Below, in pieces: positions 1 through 9,684 of a DNA stretch of 64,000 nucleotides. A program made the position numbers and the translations under genes. How positions within the stretch are numbered: position 1 is the first letter of the stretch; each line of letters opens with the position of its first letter. The notes below the pieces were generated by a model. That model was not told where the DNA came from and did not search any database. It saw nothing but the letters and a program-made list of their open reading frames with translations. The stretch lies in sequence record DRR378314_1513. One strand, 5' to 3'.

Positions 1-111
1 TAGTGCTGCTTCTCGAGCATTCATCGATTTCATTCAGTATGCGATTTCAGAACCCATCTCATTCTTTACCGCGGCGCCTGGCGCCGAACCTGACACGATT
101 GGAGTACGTTG

Positions 112-792
112 ATGTCACTTGTCGGAACCAAAATGGTCTCGGACGGCCGGACCGCCAAAGAGATATTCGAGGAAGTTATCAGCAATCCCGAGCGCGCCAA
201 GTTCGGATTTGGTGAGAAGCTCGCAATCATCAACGTGGACATCCAGAACGCGTACACCCGGATCGACGAATTCAAGACAGCCTATGAGGCTGACCCGCGT
301 CAAATCGAGTATGTGAACACGATTTCCAATCTTGCTCGCCAGAAAGGCATGCCGGTCATCTGGACGCACGTTGCCTTCGCCGAGGATGGTGCAGATGCAG
401 GTATTTGGGGCACACGGACGAACACGCCCGACTCCCTTCAAAATATCAAGTATGGCAGCCGTCGACACGACTTTGATGATCGGTGTGAAATCGACAAGAA
501 CGACATGATCTACACAAAGCGTATGCCGTCTGCCTTCTTTGAAACGCCCCTGCAAAGCCTTTTGGTTTGGCACAAGGTCGATACCGTGGTGATCACTGGC
601 GGAAGCACATCAGGCTGTGTTCGCGCGACCGCTGTGGAAGCGCTCTCCCGTGGTTACCGGGCAATTGTTCCTCTAGAGACATGCGCGGACAAGCATGAGA
701 GTTTCCACTACGCCAACCTGACCGATCTCGCGATCAAGTATGCTGACGTGGAACCTGTGCAAACCGTGATCGATTGGCTGGAGGCTCAGTAA
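112..792 (+). CDS. Isochorismatase-family cysteine hydrolase (NicF maleamate amidohydrolase / N-carbamoylsarcosine amidase-like)
   Basis: Asp-Lys-Cys triad motifs: INVDIQ, YTKRMPSAFF, GGSTSGCVRATAVEA. GGAG RBS at 101-104 before ATG 112. Confidence 0.88.
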   Translation: MSLVGTKMVSDGRTAKEIFEEVISNPERAKFGFGEKLAIINVDIQNAYTRIDEFKTAYEADPRQIEYVNTISNLARQKGMPVIWTHVAFAEDGADAGIWGTRTNTPDSLQNIKYGSRRHDFDDRCEIDKNDMIYTKRMPSAFFETPLQSLLVWHKVDTVVITGGSTSGCVRATAVEALSRGYRAIVPLETCADKHESFHYANLTDLAIKYADVEPVQTVIDWLEAQ

Positions 793-1691
793 TGAACGAA
801 GGCCAGGCAGATCCGGGGCTGTATGATTACACGCCCTACAGAAACCGCCCAAAGATAGAGTGGCCGGATGGAAAGAAGGTCGCTGTCTGGGTTTCGCCAA
901 ATCTTGAATTCTATGAATTGGATCCACCAAAGAATCCAATTCGCGCAAGCTGGAAAATGCCGCATCCTGACGTGGTGAACTATTCGCATCGCGACTATGC
1001 AAACCGTGTGGGCCACTGGCGCATGGCGGAAGTCATGGAACGGCACGGGTTCAAGGGATCGGTGTCCCTGTCCGTTGCCCTTTGCCAACATGTTCCTGAA
1101 GTTGTTAAGCATGCCAACGCTCTCGGGTGGGAGTTCTTCAGCCACGGGATATATAATACCCGCTACTCCTATGGCATGGACGAAGCGCAAGAGCGCGCCA
1201 TCATCGAGGACTCCATCCGAACGGTAAAAGAAGCCACGGGTCAGGACATCAAAGGCTGGTTGGCCCCCGCTCTCACACACACGCCACGCACGCTGGATCT
1301 GATCGCGGAGTACGGGCTGACCTACACTTGCGATCTGTACCATGATGATCAGCCCATGCCCGTATCGGTAAAATCAGGACGTCTGATTTCCATGCCATAC
1401 AGCCTTGAGGTGAACGATCACTATGGCTTCTTCATCTACAACATGAGTCCTCGGGAATACGCTGACACGTTGATCCGGCAATACGAACGCCTTGCCGCCG
1501 AAGGCGAGAATTCAGGCACCGTGATGTGCATTCCGCTTCACAGCTACCTGATTGGTCAACCGCATCGGATCGGCCCCTTTGAGGAGGTTCTGCGTCATAT
1601 CGCAGAGGACGGCCGCGCCTGGATCACTCGTAGTGGCGACATTGCTGAACACTATCTCGCAAATTATGCCGATCAGAAGGGAGCGTCCTGA
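792..1691 (+). CDS. Polysaccharide deacetylase (CE4) family, PuuE allantoinase / cyclic imide hydrolase-like
   Basis: WPDGKKVAVWVSPNLE, RDYANRVGHWR, SHG, GWLAP, DDQP, PYS-EVND and PLHSYLIGQPHR motifs. TAATG overlap with the upstream gene. Confidence 0.85.
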   Translation: MNEGQADPGLYDYTPYRNRPKIEWPDGKKVAVWVSPNLEFYELDPPKNPIRASWKMPHPDVVNYSHRDYANRVGHWRMAEVMERHGFKGSVSLSVALCQHVPEVVKHANALGWEFFSHGIYNTRYSYGMDEAQERAIIEDSIRTVKEATGQDIKGWLAPALTHTPRTLDLIAEYGLTYTCDLYHDDQPMPVSVKSGRLISMPYSLEVNDHYGFFIYNMSPREYADTLIRQYERLAAEGENSGTVMCIPLHSYLIGQPHRIGPFEEVLRHIAEDGRAWITRSGDIAEHYLANYADQKGAS

Positions 1692-2608
1692 TGAGTCTGC
1701 CCGCCTCCTATCTCGAATATGACAAGCGCCGCAAAGGCATGGACCATGACCTGTACCCTTGGTCCAACATGTTTGAACGCCAACCAGTATCTTGGGCGAA
1801 CAACAAGAAGGTGGCCACCTGGATTGTAATCGATCTGGAGTGGTTCCCGATCACACCAAATGACAAACCTTTCCGTGCGCCAGGCCACATGCAGACAGCA
1901 TATCCTGACTATCGTCATTATACGTCGCGTGACTATGGAAGCCGGATTGGCGTGTATCGACTGCTCGATGCACTCAAGAAGGTGAATGCGAAAGCGTCTG
2001 TCGCTATGAACAGCGCTATCGCTGAACGTTACCCTGAACTTGCGCAGGACATCGTAAATGATGGCCACGAGATCATTGCCCACTCAACCGACATGAACGC
2101 TGCTGTCGCAACCGGCGTGGACCCGGAAGTTGAGAAGAGATACATAAGCGAATCCATCTCGAAGCTGGAAGCAATTACAGGCCAAAAACCCGCTGGCTGG
2201 CTGTCTATCGCTCGGTCTCAATCCTTCAACACGCCCTCACTTCTGGCTGAGGCTGGCTTGAAATACATGTGCGACTGGGTGAATGATGAACTTCCATACG
2301 AAATGGAAACCCCATCAGGCAGTATCAAAAACATCCCCCTGAACCATGAACTGTCGGACCGGCAGATTATAAACGTACAGCAACATTCAGTAGACTCATA
2401 TGTCGAGCAGATTCAGGATGCTTGGAACTGGCTGCACCAGGAAGCAGACAGCTTTGGCGGCCGAATGCTGCCGTTGAATTTGACCCCCTACATCATGGGA
2501 CTCCCCTACCGGATGGACACCTTTGAAAGGCTCCTCACCTGGCTATCGGAACAACCAGACAATTGGTTTGCGACGGGACAGGACATTCTAGAAGCGACGC
2601 AGCGCTAG
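1691..2608 (+). CDS. Second PuuE-like CE4 family protein
   Basis: RDYGSRIGVYR, IIAHS, GWLS, NDELPY and LTPYIMGLPYR motifs. TGATG overlap with the upstream paralogue. Confidence 0.82.
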   Translation: MSLPASYLEYDKRRKGMDHDLYPWSNMFERQPVSWANNKKVATWIVIDLEWFPITPNDKPFRAPGHMQTAYPDYRHYTSRDYGSRIGVYRLLDALKKVNAKASVAMNSAIAERYPELAQDIVNDGHEIIAHSTDMNAAVATGVDPEVEKRYISESISKLEAITGQKPAGWLSIARSQSFNTPSLLAEAGLKYMCDWVNDELPYEMETPSGSIKNIPLNHELSDRQIINVQQHSVDSYVEQIQDAWNWLHQEADSFGGRMLPLNLTPYIMGLPYRMDTFERLLTWLSEQPDNWFATGQDILEATQR

Positions 2609-2637
2609 TTCCGCGCGGAAGTCTGAAAGATCTAAAG

Positions 2638-4020
2638 ATGCCAAAGACTCTCTATGAGAAGCTGTGGGAAGCTCATATTGTTTCCGAAACCGCTAGCGGT
2701 GGCACGCTTCTCTATATAGACCGACACTACCTTCACGAAGTGAGCACACCTCAGTCATTCGAGGCGCTGAGGGAAGATGGGCTCAAAGTGAGGCGCCCAC
2801 TGACCAACATTGCCGTAGCGGACCACTCTGTTCCGACGCGCCGGAACGATGGAGTGATAGCTGATCCTCAGGCGGCCGCCCAGATCGCATTGCTGGAGAG
2901 CAATTGTCGAGAGTTTGGCGTTCCCTACATTCCGCTCGATAGTCAGGATCAAGGTATTGTACATGTCGTAGGTCCCGAACAAGGCTGGTCCCTTCCTGGA
3001 ATGACCATCGTTTGCGGGGACAGCCACACATCGACACATGGCGCATTCGGCGCACTCGCGTTTGGCATTGGCGCGAGTGAATGCGGAACAGTCATGGCGA
3101 CGCAGACTCTATGGCAAAAGAAAGCTCGCACCATGCGCGTGCACTTTACCGGAAAAGCATCAGACCAGATCTCAGCAAAGGACCTGGCACTTGCCCTGAT
3201 CAGCCGTATCGGAACATCCGGCGCTGTCGGACACGCGATCGAGTTCACAGGGGAAGCCATTCAGAACTTGTCGATGGAAGGGCGCATGACCCTCTGCAAC
3301 ATGGCGATCGAGGCTGGCTCACGCACGGGTTTGGTCGCGCCGGATGCGACGACCTATGCCTATCTTTCTGACTGCCCGAATGCCCCGAAAGGTGAAGCTT
3401 GGGACAAGGCGCTTGCATATTGGAAGTCACTCCCATCAGACGCTGGCGCCAAATACGATCGGGAGATCGACATTGATGTGACATCCATACTGTCTCAGGT
3501 GACGTATGGAACGCGGCCTGATCAAAGCCTTCCGGATGATGGGAAGCTGCCGGAACCCAACAGCGAAGAAGTCCGCCAAGCCCTTGCCTACATGGACCTT
3601 GACCCAAGTTCGGAATTCAAGCGCGTCCCTATCAACCATGCCTTCATTGGAAGTTGTACAAATGGCCGACTTGAAGATCTGCGCCGTGCCGCAGAACAGA
3701 TAAAGGGACGAAAAGTTGCAGAGGGCGTCACAGCCCTGGTTGTCCCCGGTTCAGGGCGCGTCAAGCACCAGGCCGAAATGGAAGGACTAGATCAGGTTTT
3801 TCTGGAGGCCGGGTTCGAATGGCGCCAGCCAGGTTGTTCCTTGTGCATCGCAATGAATGATGATCGCCTTCCGCCCGGAAGCCGCTGCGCATCCACGTCA
3901 AACCGCAACTTCGAAGGCCGCCAGGGCCCTGGCGTTCGGACCCACCTCATGAGCCCCGCAATGGTTGCTGAAGCAGCGATCCAAGGCAGTGTTGTTCGCG
4001 TCGAAGGAAGCAAATCATGA
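2638..4020 (+). CDS. leuC: 3-isopropylmalate dehydratase large subunit-like [4Fe-4S] hydratase (LeuC/DmdA family)
   Basis: KTLYEKLW, HEVSTPQSF, GDSHTSTHGAFG, IGSCTNGR, PGCSLCIAMN, STSNRNFEGRQG. Probably a catabolic paralogue, given its context. Confidence 0.9.
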   Translation: MPKTLYEKLWEAHIVSETASGGTLLYIDRHYLHEVSTPQSFEALREDGLKVRRPLTNIAVADHSVPTRRNDGVIADPQAAAQIALLESNCREFGVPYIPLDSQDQGIVHVVGPEQGWSLPGMTIVCGDSHTSTHGAFGALAFGIGASECGTVMATQTLWQKKARTMRVHFTGKASDQISAKDLALALISRIGTSGAVGHAIEFTGEAIQNLSMEGRMTLCNMAIEAGSRTGLVAPDATTYAYLSDCPNAPKGEAWDKALAYWKSLPSDAGAKYDREIDIDVTSILSQVTYGTRPDQSLPDDGKLPEPNSEEVRQALAYMDLDPSSEFKRVPINHAFIGSCTNGRLEDLRRAAEQIKGRKVAEGVTALVVPGSGRVKHQAEMEGLDQVFLEAGFEWRQPGCSLCIAMNDDRLPPGSRCASTSNRNFEGRQGPGVRTHLMSPAMVAEAAIQGSVVRVEGSKS

Positions 4021-4607
4021 AGCCACTGACGATCGTTCAAAGCGCTGCCGTCTCGTTGCCGGAGAGGAACGTCGATACAGATATCATCTACCCTGCCCGC
4101 TTCCTGACCGATACACGCAAATCAGGGCTCGACGAGTACGCCTTCAAGGACAGACGAGACGCTGACCCGGAGTTTCCTCTCGGCCCACACACGACTGAAG
4201 AGATTCTGATTACTGGTGCGAACTTTGGAAGCGGATCCAGCCGGGAGCAAGCCCCTTGGGCGCTTGCTGACATTGGCATCAGGGTAATTTTTGCGCCAAG
4301 TTTCGGTGACATCTTCTACGCAAACTGTTTCCGCAATGGGCTGCTCCCCATCAGGCTACCAGAGGCCACAATCGCACAACTTCGGAATGCGGCGCAAAAC
4401 GGACAGAGCATGGAAGTCAATCTGATCAACCAAACCCTCCGGATAGACAATGACGATCTGGAAATACGATTTGATGTGCCAGCAGACAATCGCGAGTCGC
4501 TTCTGAACGGATGGAACGAGACGACGCGAATTCTCGAGAATCACATTGATGAAATCAACGCCTTCGAGCGCCGCCAGCGCTCGGAGCAATCATGGCTTTG
4601 GCAATAG
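4017..4607 (+). CDS. leuD: 3-isopropylmalate dehydratase small subunit-like (LeuD/DmdB family)
   Basis: NVDTDIIYPARFL, NFGSGSSREQAPWAL, SFGDIFYANCFRNGLLP. ATGA overlap with leuC. Confidence 0.9.
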   Translation: MKPLTIVQSAAVSLPERNVDTDIIYPARFLTDTRKSGLDEYAFKDRRDADPEFPLGPHTTEEILITGANFGSGSSREQAPWALADIGIRVIFAPSFGDIFYANCFRNGLLPIRLPEATIAQLRNAAQNGQSMEVNLINQTLRIDNDDLEIRFDVPADNRESLLNGWNETTRILENHIDEINAFERRQRSEQSWLWQ

Positions 4608-4615
4608 AGAGTGTA

Positions 4616-5467
4616 ATGACCGATACGAGACTCAAGGATAAACTGAACAAGGGCGATTTCTTTGTCGTCCCCGGCATCCACGACATGATTTCAGCAGTGG
4701 TTGCGGATCGTGTCGGCTTCGATGTCATCTATGGCAGCGGATACTGGCTCACGGCGTCCAGCCTCGGCCTACCCGATGCCGGCCTGGCGTCCTACACGCA
4801 GATGCTGGATCGCATGACCACACTGAAGAATACCAGCAAGGCAGCCCTTATCGCGGACGCAGACACCGGATTTGGTGGGCTGCTCAATGTCGCCCATACG
4901 GTCCGCGGATATGAAGCCGCTGGTGTATCGGCCATTCAGATCGAAGACCAGGAGTTTCCGAAGAAATGTGGCCACACGCCATTCAAACGACTGATCCCGA
5001 TTGAAGACATGGTTCGCAAGATTCAGGTCGCTGCCGACACCCGTGAAGACATGTTGATCATTGCCCGGACAGATGCGCGGCAATCTGAAGGGCTGGACGG
5101 CACTATGCGCCGAATGGAAGCGTATGCCGAAGCTGGCGCAGACATTCTCTTTCCAGAAGCTCTGACGAGCGAAGAAGAGATGCGTCACGCTTGCGATGGC
5201 CTTGGAAAGCCAGTCATGGCCAATATGGCGAATGGTGGTCTGACGCCGGTTGTAAAAGGCGATGTTCTGCGCGAAATCGGATATGCTTTTGCAATTTACC
5301 CGTCGCTGACAAGCTTGATTTCCGCCGCGGCGACAGAGCAAGCGCTAATTCGTCTCCGCGACCAGGGAGATGGCGAACCAGCCGACATGGACATGTTCGA
5401 CTTCAAGACATTCTGTGAGATGATTGGTTTTGCAGAAGTTTGGGAATTCGAGAAAAAGTGGGGGTAG
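4616..5467 (+). CDS. Isocitrate lyase/PEP mutase superfamily C-C lyase (2,3-dimethylmalate lyase / PrpB / petal-death-protein-like)
   Basis: IADADTGFG, IEDQEFPKKCGH (catalytic Cys), IIARTDAR, AGADILFPEA. About 283 aa. Confidence 0.88.
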   Translation: MTDTRLKDKLNKGDFFVVPGIHDMISAVVADRVGFDVIYGSGYWLTASSLGLPDAGLASYTQMLDRMTTLKNTSKAALIADADTGFGGLLNVAHTVRGYEAAGVSAIQIEDQEFPKKCGHTPFKRLIPIEDMVRKIQVAADTREDMLIIARTDARQSEGLDGTMRRMEAYAEAGADILFPEALTSEEEMRHACDGLGKPVMANMANGGLTPVVKGDVLREIGYAFAIYPSLTSLISAAATEQALIRLRDQGDGEPADMDMFDFKTFCEMIGFAEVWEFEKKWG

Positions 5468-5497
5468 GCTGAACCCACCATCCTCCCGGTAAAGAAT

Positions 5498-5528
5498 AAG
5501 CCCGGCCAGTCAGACTGGCCGGGCTTTT
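5498..5528. terminator. Intrinsic terminator, possibly bidirectional, between convergent operons
   Basis: Perfect 13-bp stem AAGCCCGGCCAGT-cag-ACTGGCCGGGCTT running into TTTT, with an A-rich left flank. Confidence 0.85.
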
Positions 5529-5626
5529 CAGTTTACGGCAAACCCTGCTTGGGAGGAAACGTTGGGAAGGCCGATGAGGCGAGCCGCTTTATCTTGAAAC
5601 ATAAAACAACTCGCCTCCTGACGAAG

Positions 5627-5690
5627 GAGGGTGCCGGATGTCTCCGGGCGCCCTCAGTTAAGCAAAAGAGAACGGGGATTCCTTTTGCTT
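5627..5690 (-). terminator. Two stem-loops immediately 3' of hydantoinase B
   Basis: GAGGGTGCCGGA...TCCGGGCGCCCTC (5627-5655) and AAGCAAAAG...CTTTTGCTT (5660-5690). Confidence 0.45.
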
Positions 5691-7572
5691 ATTCTGCTGC
5701 CACAGCGGCGGTAGAGGCTCGCTTCCATTGTGGCTGTTTTGGTGCTGGCAAACTGGTTTCTGCCTCGCAATTCTCTCGAAGCGCATCAAGACCAGGGCCG
5801 AAATTGAAGACTTCAAGCGCGGGACGTTCGGCCTGCATTTTCTCTCGCAGCTTGCTGGTCGCGTTTTCATCGACAACACCATTGTCGTCCGCAACCACGC
5901 CATAGGATTCCGCGCCTTTCACAGTCACGAGCCCCTGGCGAATTTCCTTTCCAACCAGTTCTGGATCGCGATCAAGTGGGTCGCCCCAACCGCCACCACC
6001 CCAGGTGATGAAGTGGAGAATATCATTGGCCTCGACCTCAAGATCTTCGATCTTGTTCGGCAGGACTTTCTGCGTACCGTCCGGTTTTTCCAGAACCTTG
6101 CGTGCGCGTACACCCGGCTCACCACCATTGACACCCCAAGGGGGCACGAACCAGCGGTCATCGTGAATGGCAATCTGGCCCGGCTCAAGGAACCGGTAAG
6201 ACATGCGGATGCCATTACCGCCGCGGTGAAGCCCTGCGCCGCCGCTATCCGGCACGGTTTCGTAGGACTCGATCACCATCGGGAAGTAACGCTCCAGAAA
6301 TTCGTTCGGAACGTTCGTGAAGCCTGGCCACAGCGAGTGACCATCCGGACCATCACCGAGAGGACGCCCTGGAATGCCACCAAATCCGATTTGGAAGAGC
6401 TGGAAATACTCCCCCTTCTTGTCGAACCCGGAATAGAACAAGTGCGGCGAAGAGGAGAAGCCGGCTGCGTTCAGGAACTCCGGAGTCTTCTGACCAAGCA
6501 ATGCACCCAGAATGTCGAAAATCCGACCCAAGGCATGTGTCCGTCCAGAAAGCGCCGCCGGGAATTTCGGCTTCAGCAGTGAGCCTTCCGGAATGCGAAC
6601 ATCAATCAGGTCGTAGAACCCGTCATTGAACAGGATCTGTGGGTCGAACACCATGATCATGTAGATGCCGAAGAACATGCGCAACATGTTCTCGTTCAAG
6701 AAGAAGTTGATAGATGCGGGGCTCTGAGGGTCGGTTCCCTCGAAGTCCAACACAACCTTATCGCCTTCACGCCACATAGTACATTTGATTTTATACGGAC
6801 CAAATCCCATGCCATCGTCGCAGATATAGTCTTCGAAAGAGACAGGATCGTTGCCGATAGAGGACGATATAAGCGACTTCATCGCCTTGTAGTTTCGCTC
6901 CAGCAATTCCTCACAGGCCGAAACGAAGACATCGTCCCCAAATCGTTCTGCCATCTCGACAACGCGGTTCTTTGCAACCCGACAAGAGGCAATCAGCGCG
7001 TTGAGATCTGCTGAGCACCACTCACGTGTCCGCACCTGATGCATGATCAGATTGAACACGTCCTCATTGTACTGTCCCTGCTTGTAAAGCTTGATCGGTG
7101 GAATGCGTACGCCTTCCTGGAAAATGCTCGTCGCGTCGATTGGCATGGAGCCAGGCACTTTGCCTCCAATGTCTGACTGGTGACCAAACATTGATGTATA
7201 AGCGATCAGACGACCGTCCTTGAACACCGGAAGCAGAACGAGCCAGTCATTACAGTGACTGATCGCGCCGCCCACCGAGTACGGGTCCGACAGCATGATC
7301 AGATCGCCGTCCTCGACAGTCCCTTCATACCCTTCGAGGAATGGGCCAATATAGCTTCCGAACTGACCGACAATCATTCGGCCTTTATGGTCTGCAATCA
7401 GCGGAAACGCGTCGCCCTGTTCACGAATACCGGGAGACATGGCGGTGCGGACCAGCGTAGCATCCATCTCTACACGAGCATTTCGCAGTGCGTTTTCGAT
7501 GATGTCCAGCGTAACCGGATCAATGTCGATCTTCTTGAAAGGCGTGTCGTTGGTTTGAATAATCTGGGCCAT
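5689..7572 (-). CDS. Hydantoinase B/oxoprolinase family, ATP-dependent lactam hydrolase subunit B
   Basis: IDPVTLDII, RTAMSPGIREQGD, SDPY-GG-SH-ND, GHQSDIGGKVPGS, IFQEG, SGGAG-HRGG, TWGGGGWGDPLDRD. AGGAG RBS. Confidence 0.92.
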   Translation of the reverse strand: MAQIIQTNDTPFKKIDIDPVTLDIIENALRNARVEMDATLVRTAMSPGIREQGDAFPLIADHKGRMIVGQFGSYIGPFLEGYEGTVEDGDLIMLSDPYSVGGAISHCNDWLVLLPVFKDGRLIAYTSMFGHQSDIGGKVPGSMPIDATSIFQEGVRIPPIKLYKQGQYNEDVFNLIMHQVRTREWCSADLNALIASCRVAKNRVVEMAERFGDDVFVSACEELLERNYKAMKSLISSSIGNDPVSFEDYICDDGMGFGPYKIKCTMWREGDKVVLDFEGTDPQSPASINFFLNENMLRMFFGIYMIMVFDPQILFNDGFYDLIDVRIPEGSLLKPKFPAALSGRTHALGRIFDILGALLGQKTPEFLNAAGFSSSPHLFYSGFDKKGEYFQLFQIGFGGIPGRPLGDGPDGHSLWPGFTNVPNEFLERYFPMVIESYETVPDSGGAGLHRGGNGIRMSYRFLEPGQIAIHDDRWFVPPWGVNGGEPGVRARKVLEKPDGTQKVLPNKIEDLEVEANDILHFITWGGGGWGDPLDRDPELVGKEIRQGLVTVKGAESYGVVADDNGVVDENATSKLREKMQAERPALEVFNFGPGLDALRENCEAETSLPAPKQPQWKRASTAAVAAE

Positions 7573-7577
7573 ACGCC

Positions 7578-9635
7578 TTACTCCTTCAGAGTGATGAGAA
7601 TGTTGCCGACATGGTCGACTTCTGCCTGACAATCCCCTTCCACGAGGGTGGTGGAGTCCATTTCAATAATAATGGCAGGGCCTGAGATCTTGTCGCCGGC
7701 CAGCAGCTTCGATCTGTCATAGATCACTGCGGGGACCATCTTACCGTCCATCCAGAGTTCGTGATCGCGGATTTTGGCCCCAGATGGATCGCCATTGCCT
7801 TGCTTCAGCTTTGCTGCTTCCAGGTCTGGGACAGGTCCCAACGCGACAGCCCGCAGGTTTACGATCTCATGCTCGCTGTCCATGTTGAACGTGAACAGAC
7901 GGCGATGTTCTTCGTCGAAACGGCCCGTCAACCAGGACAGTCCCTTCTCCTTCAATTCCGCCGGGGTCACTTCCATCGGGACTTCGAACGCCTGACCAGA
8001 ATAACGCACATCGACTTCGAAGCTGACGGTTACGTCTTCTGCGCTCACGCCCTCTTCCGTCAATTCCTTAGTCGTCGATGCGGCCATCTCGCTCAAGATA
8101 GTGTCGATCTCTTCCTGCGAAGACTGAGACGCAAGCTTGGAGAAGGAGCGCGCCGCTTCCGTTCTCATCCGCGTTGTCGCATCGCCCAATGCGCAGAGCA
8201 CACCCGGTGACACCGGAGACACGGCAGGCCAGCTGCCCATCAGCTTTGCAACGGCATTCACATGAAGCGGTCCAGCGCCGCCGAAGCCCATCACGGCAAA
8301 GTCCCGCGGGTCGTAACCTTGCTGAACGGAAATCATGCGCAGCGCGCCGAACATGTTTTCGTTCACGATATCGATGATGCCCCGAGCCGCCTCGTACAGA
8401 TCGACCTTGAGCGCATCGGCGATTGTCTGGACGGCCTTCGTGGCGCCTTCCCGATCAAGCTCAAATGTGCCCCCGAGCAAGGATTCCGGCAAATAGCCCA
8501 ATACGACGTTTGCATCGGTCACTGTTGGGAGCGTTCCGCCTTTTCCGTAGGCAACAGGGCCAGGAACAGCGCCAGCAGATTCAGGACCAACACGCAATGC
8601 GCCGGTAAGCTCTGGAACATAGGCGATAGATCCGCCCCCCGCACCAACGGTCTTCACATCCAGCGCGGATGCCCGCACAGAAAGGTGCCCCACCTCAGTC
8701 GTGCGGACACGGCGGGCTTCAAGGTTTTCGATCAAGGCAACGTCCGTCGAGGTGCCACCAACATCGAGCGTCAGGATATTCTTGATGCCAGCGTTCTTTC
8801 CTACCCAGATTGCCCCAGTCACACCACCGGCTGGGCCAGACATCAGAAGGTTGACCGGATGTTCCTCGGACTTGTGAGATGACATCAAGCCACCATCGGA
8901 CCGAAGCAGCGACAAACGCGCATTCATGCCAGATTTGAGTAGGTTCTCACGCAGGTTGCGAACATACCGCCCGACAACCGGGCGAACTGAAGCGTTTGCA
9001 ACGGTCGTCAGTGTCCGCTCATATTCCTGCATTTCGGGTAGAACTTCATGGCTCAGCGAGTAAGGCACGCCGGGAAGAACTTCCTCAATCAGATCACCTA
9101 CACGGCGCTCATGATCTCCGTTCAAATAGGCATTCATCAGCGAGACCGTAACAGCTTCAACGTCGCGCGCTTTCAGCTTTTCAAGCTGCGCACGAATATC
9201 AGCCTCGTCCGTTGGGCGGAGCTCCTCGCCTTGAGCGTTCATACGCCCCTTGATCTCGAACGTATCTTCAAGTGCCGCCATGGGTTCAGGCTTCGGCCAG
9301 ACGATCCATCCTGCAAGACCACCTGGAACGAAGCTCCGGGCAATCTGCATCATCTGGCGATAGCCTTCGGTGACGATTAGGCCAACCCGAGCACCCTTTC
9401 CTTCCAAAACAGCGTTCGTCGCAACTGTGGTGCCGTGCAGAAGCAGGTCAACATCGCCAAACGAAACACCGGCCTTCTCACAAATGGCGTTCACACCGGT
9501 CAGAATTCCAACTGAACTGTCTTCAGGGGTCGAAGGGGTTTTGTGGCGCCAGAACTGGCCATCCTTCTCACTGAAGAGCAAAAGATCGGTGAATGTGCCA
9601 CCGACATCGACTCCCAAACGGTACGTCATGCTCAT
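7578..9635 (-). CDS. Hydantoinase A/oxoprolinase family, ATP-binding subunit A
   Basis: LGVDVGGTFTD, HGTTVATNA, EYERT, SGPAGGV, DVGGTSTDV, VGAGGGSIA, GPESAGA-PGP, FGGAGPLH. Confidence 0.93.
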   Translation of the reverse strand: MSMTYRLGVDVGGTFTDLLLFSEKDGQFWRHKTPSTPEDSSVGILTGVNAICEKAGVSFGDVDLLLHGTTVATNAVLEGKGARVGLIVTEGYRQMMQIARSFVPGGLAGWIVWPKPEPMAALEDTFEIKGRMNAQGEELRPTDEADIRAQLEKLKARDVEAVTVSLMNAYLNGDHERRVGDLIEEVLPGVPYSLSHEVLPEMQEYERTLTTVANASVRPVVGRYVRNLRENLLKSGMNARLSLLRSDGGLMSSHKSEEHPVNLLMSGPAGGVTGAIWVGKNAGIKNILTLDVGGTSTDVALIENLEARRVRTTEVGHLSVRASALDVKTVGAGGGSIAYVPELTGALRVGPESAGAVPGPVAYGKGGTLPTVTDANVVLGYLPESLLGGTFELDREGATKAVQTIADALKVDLYEAARGIIDIVNENMFGALRMISVQQGYDPRDFAVMGFGGAGPLHVNAVAKLMGSWPAVSPVSPGVLCALGDATTRMRTEAARSFSKLASQSSQEEIDTILSEMAASTTKELTEEGVSAEDVTVSFEVDVRYSGQAFEVPMEVTPAELKEKGLSWLTGRFDEEHRRLFTFNMDSEHEIVNLRAVALGPVPDLEAAKLKQGNGDPSGAKIRDHELWMDGKMVPAVIYDRSKLLAGDKISGPAIIIEMDSTTLVEGDCQAEVDHVGNILITLKE

Positions 9636-9684
9636 TTCCTCTATGCTGGCGAACCCCGCCGTAACGCGGACCGACTGTTCGCGG

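Noticed and set aside
2638-4607. leuCD as the housekeeping leucine biosynthesis locus
   Set aside because: No leuA, leuB or attenuator nearby, and it is embedded between amidohydrolases and a C-C lyase. The symbols are given for family only.
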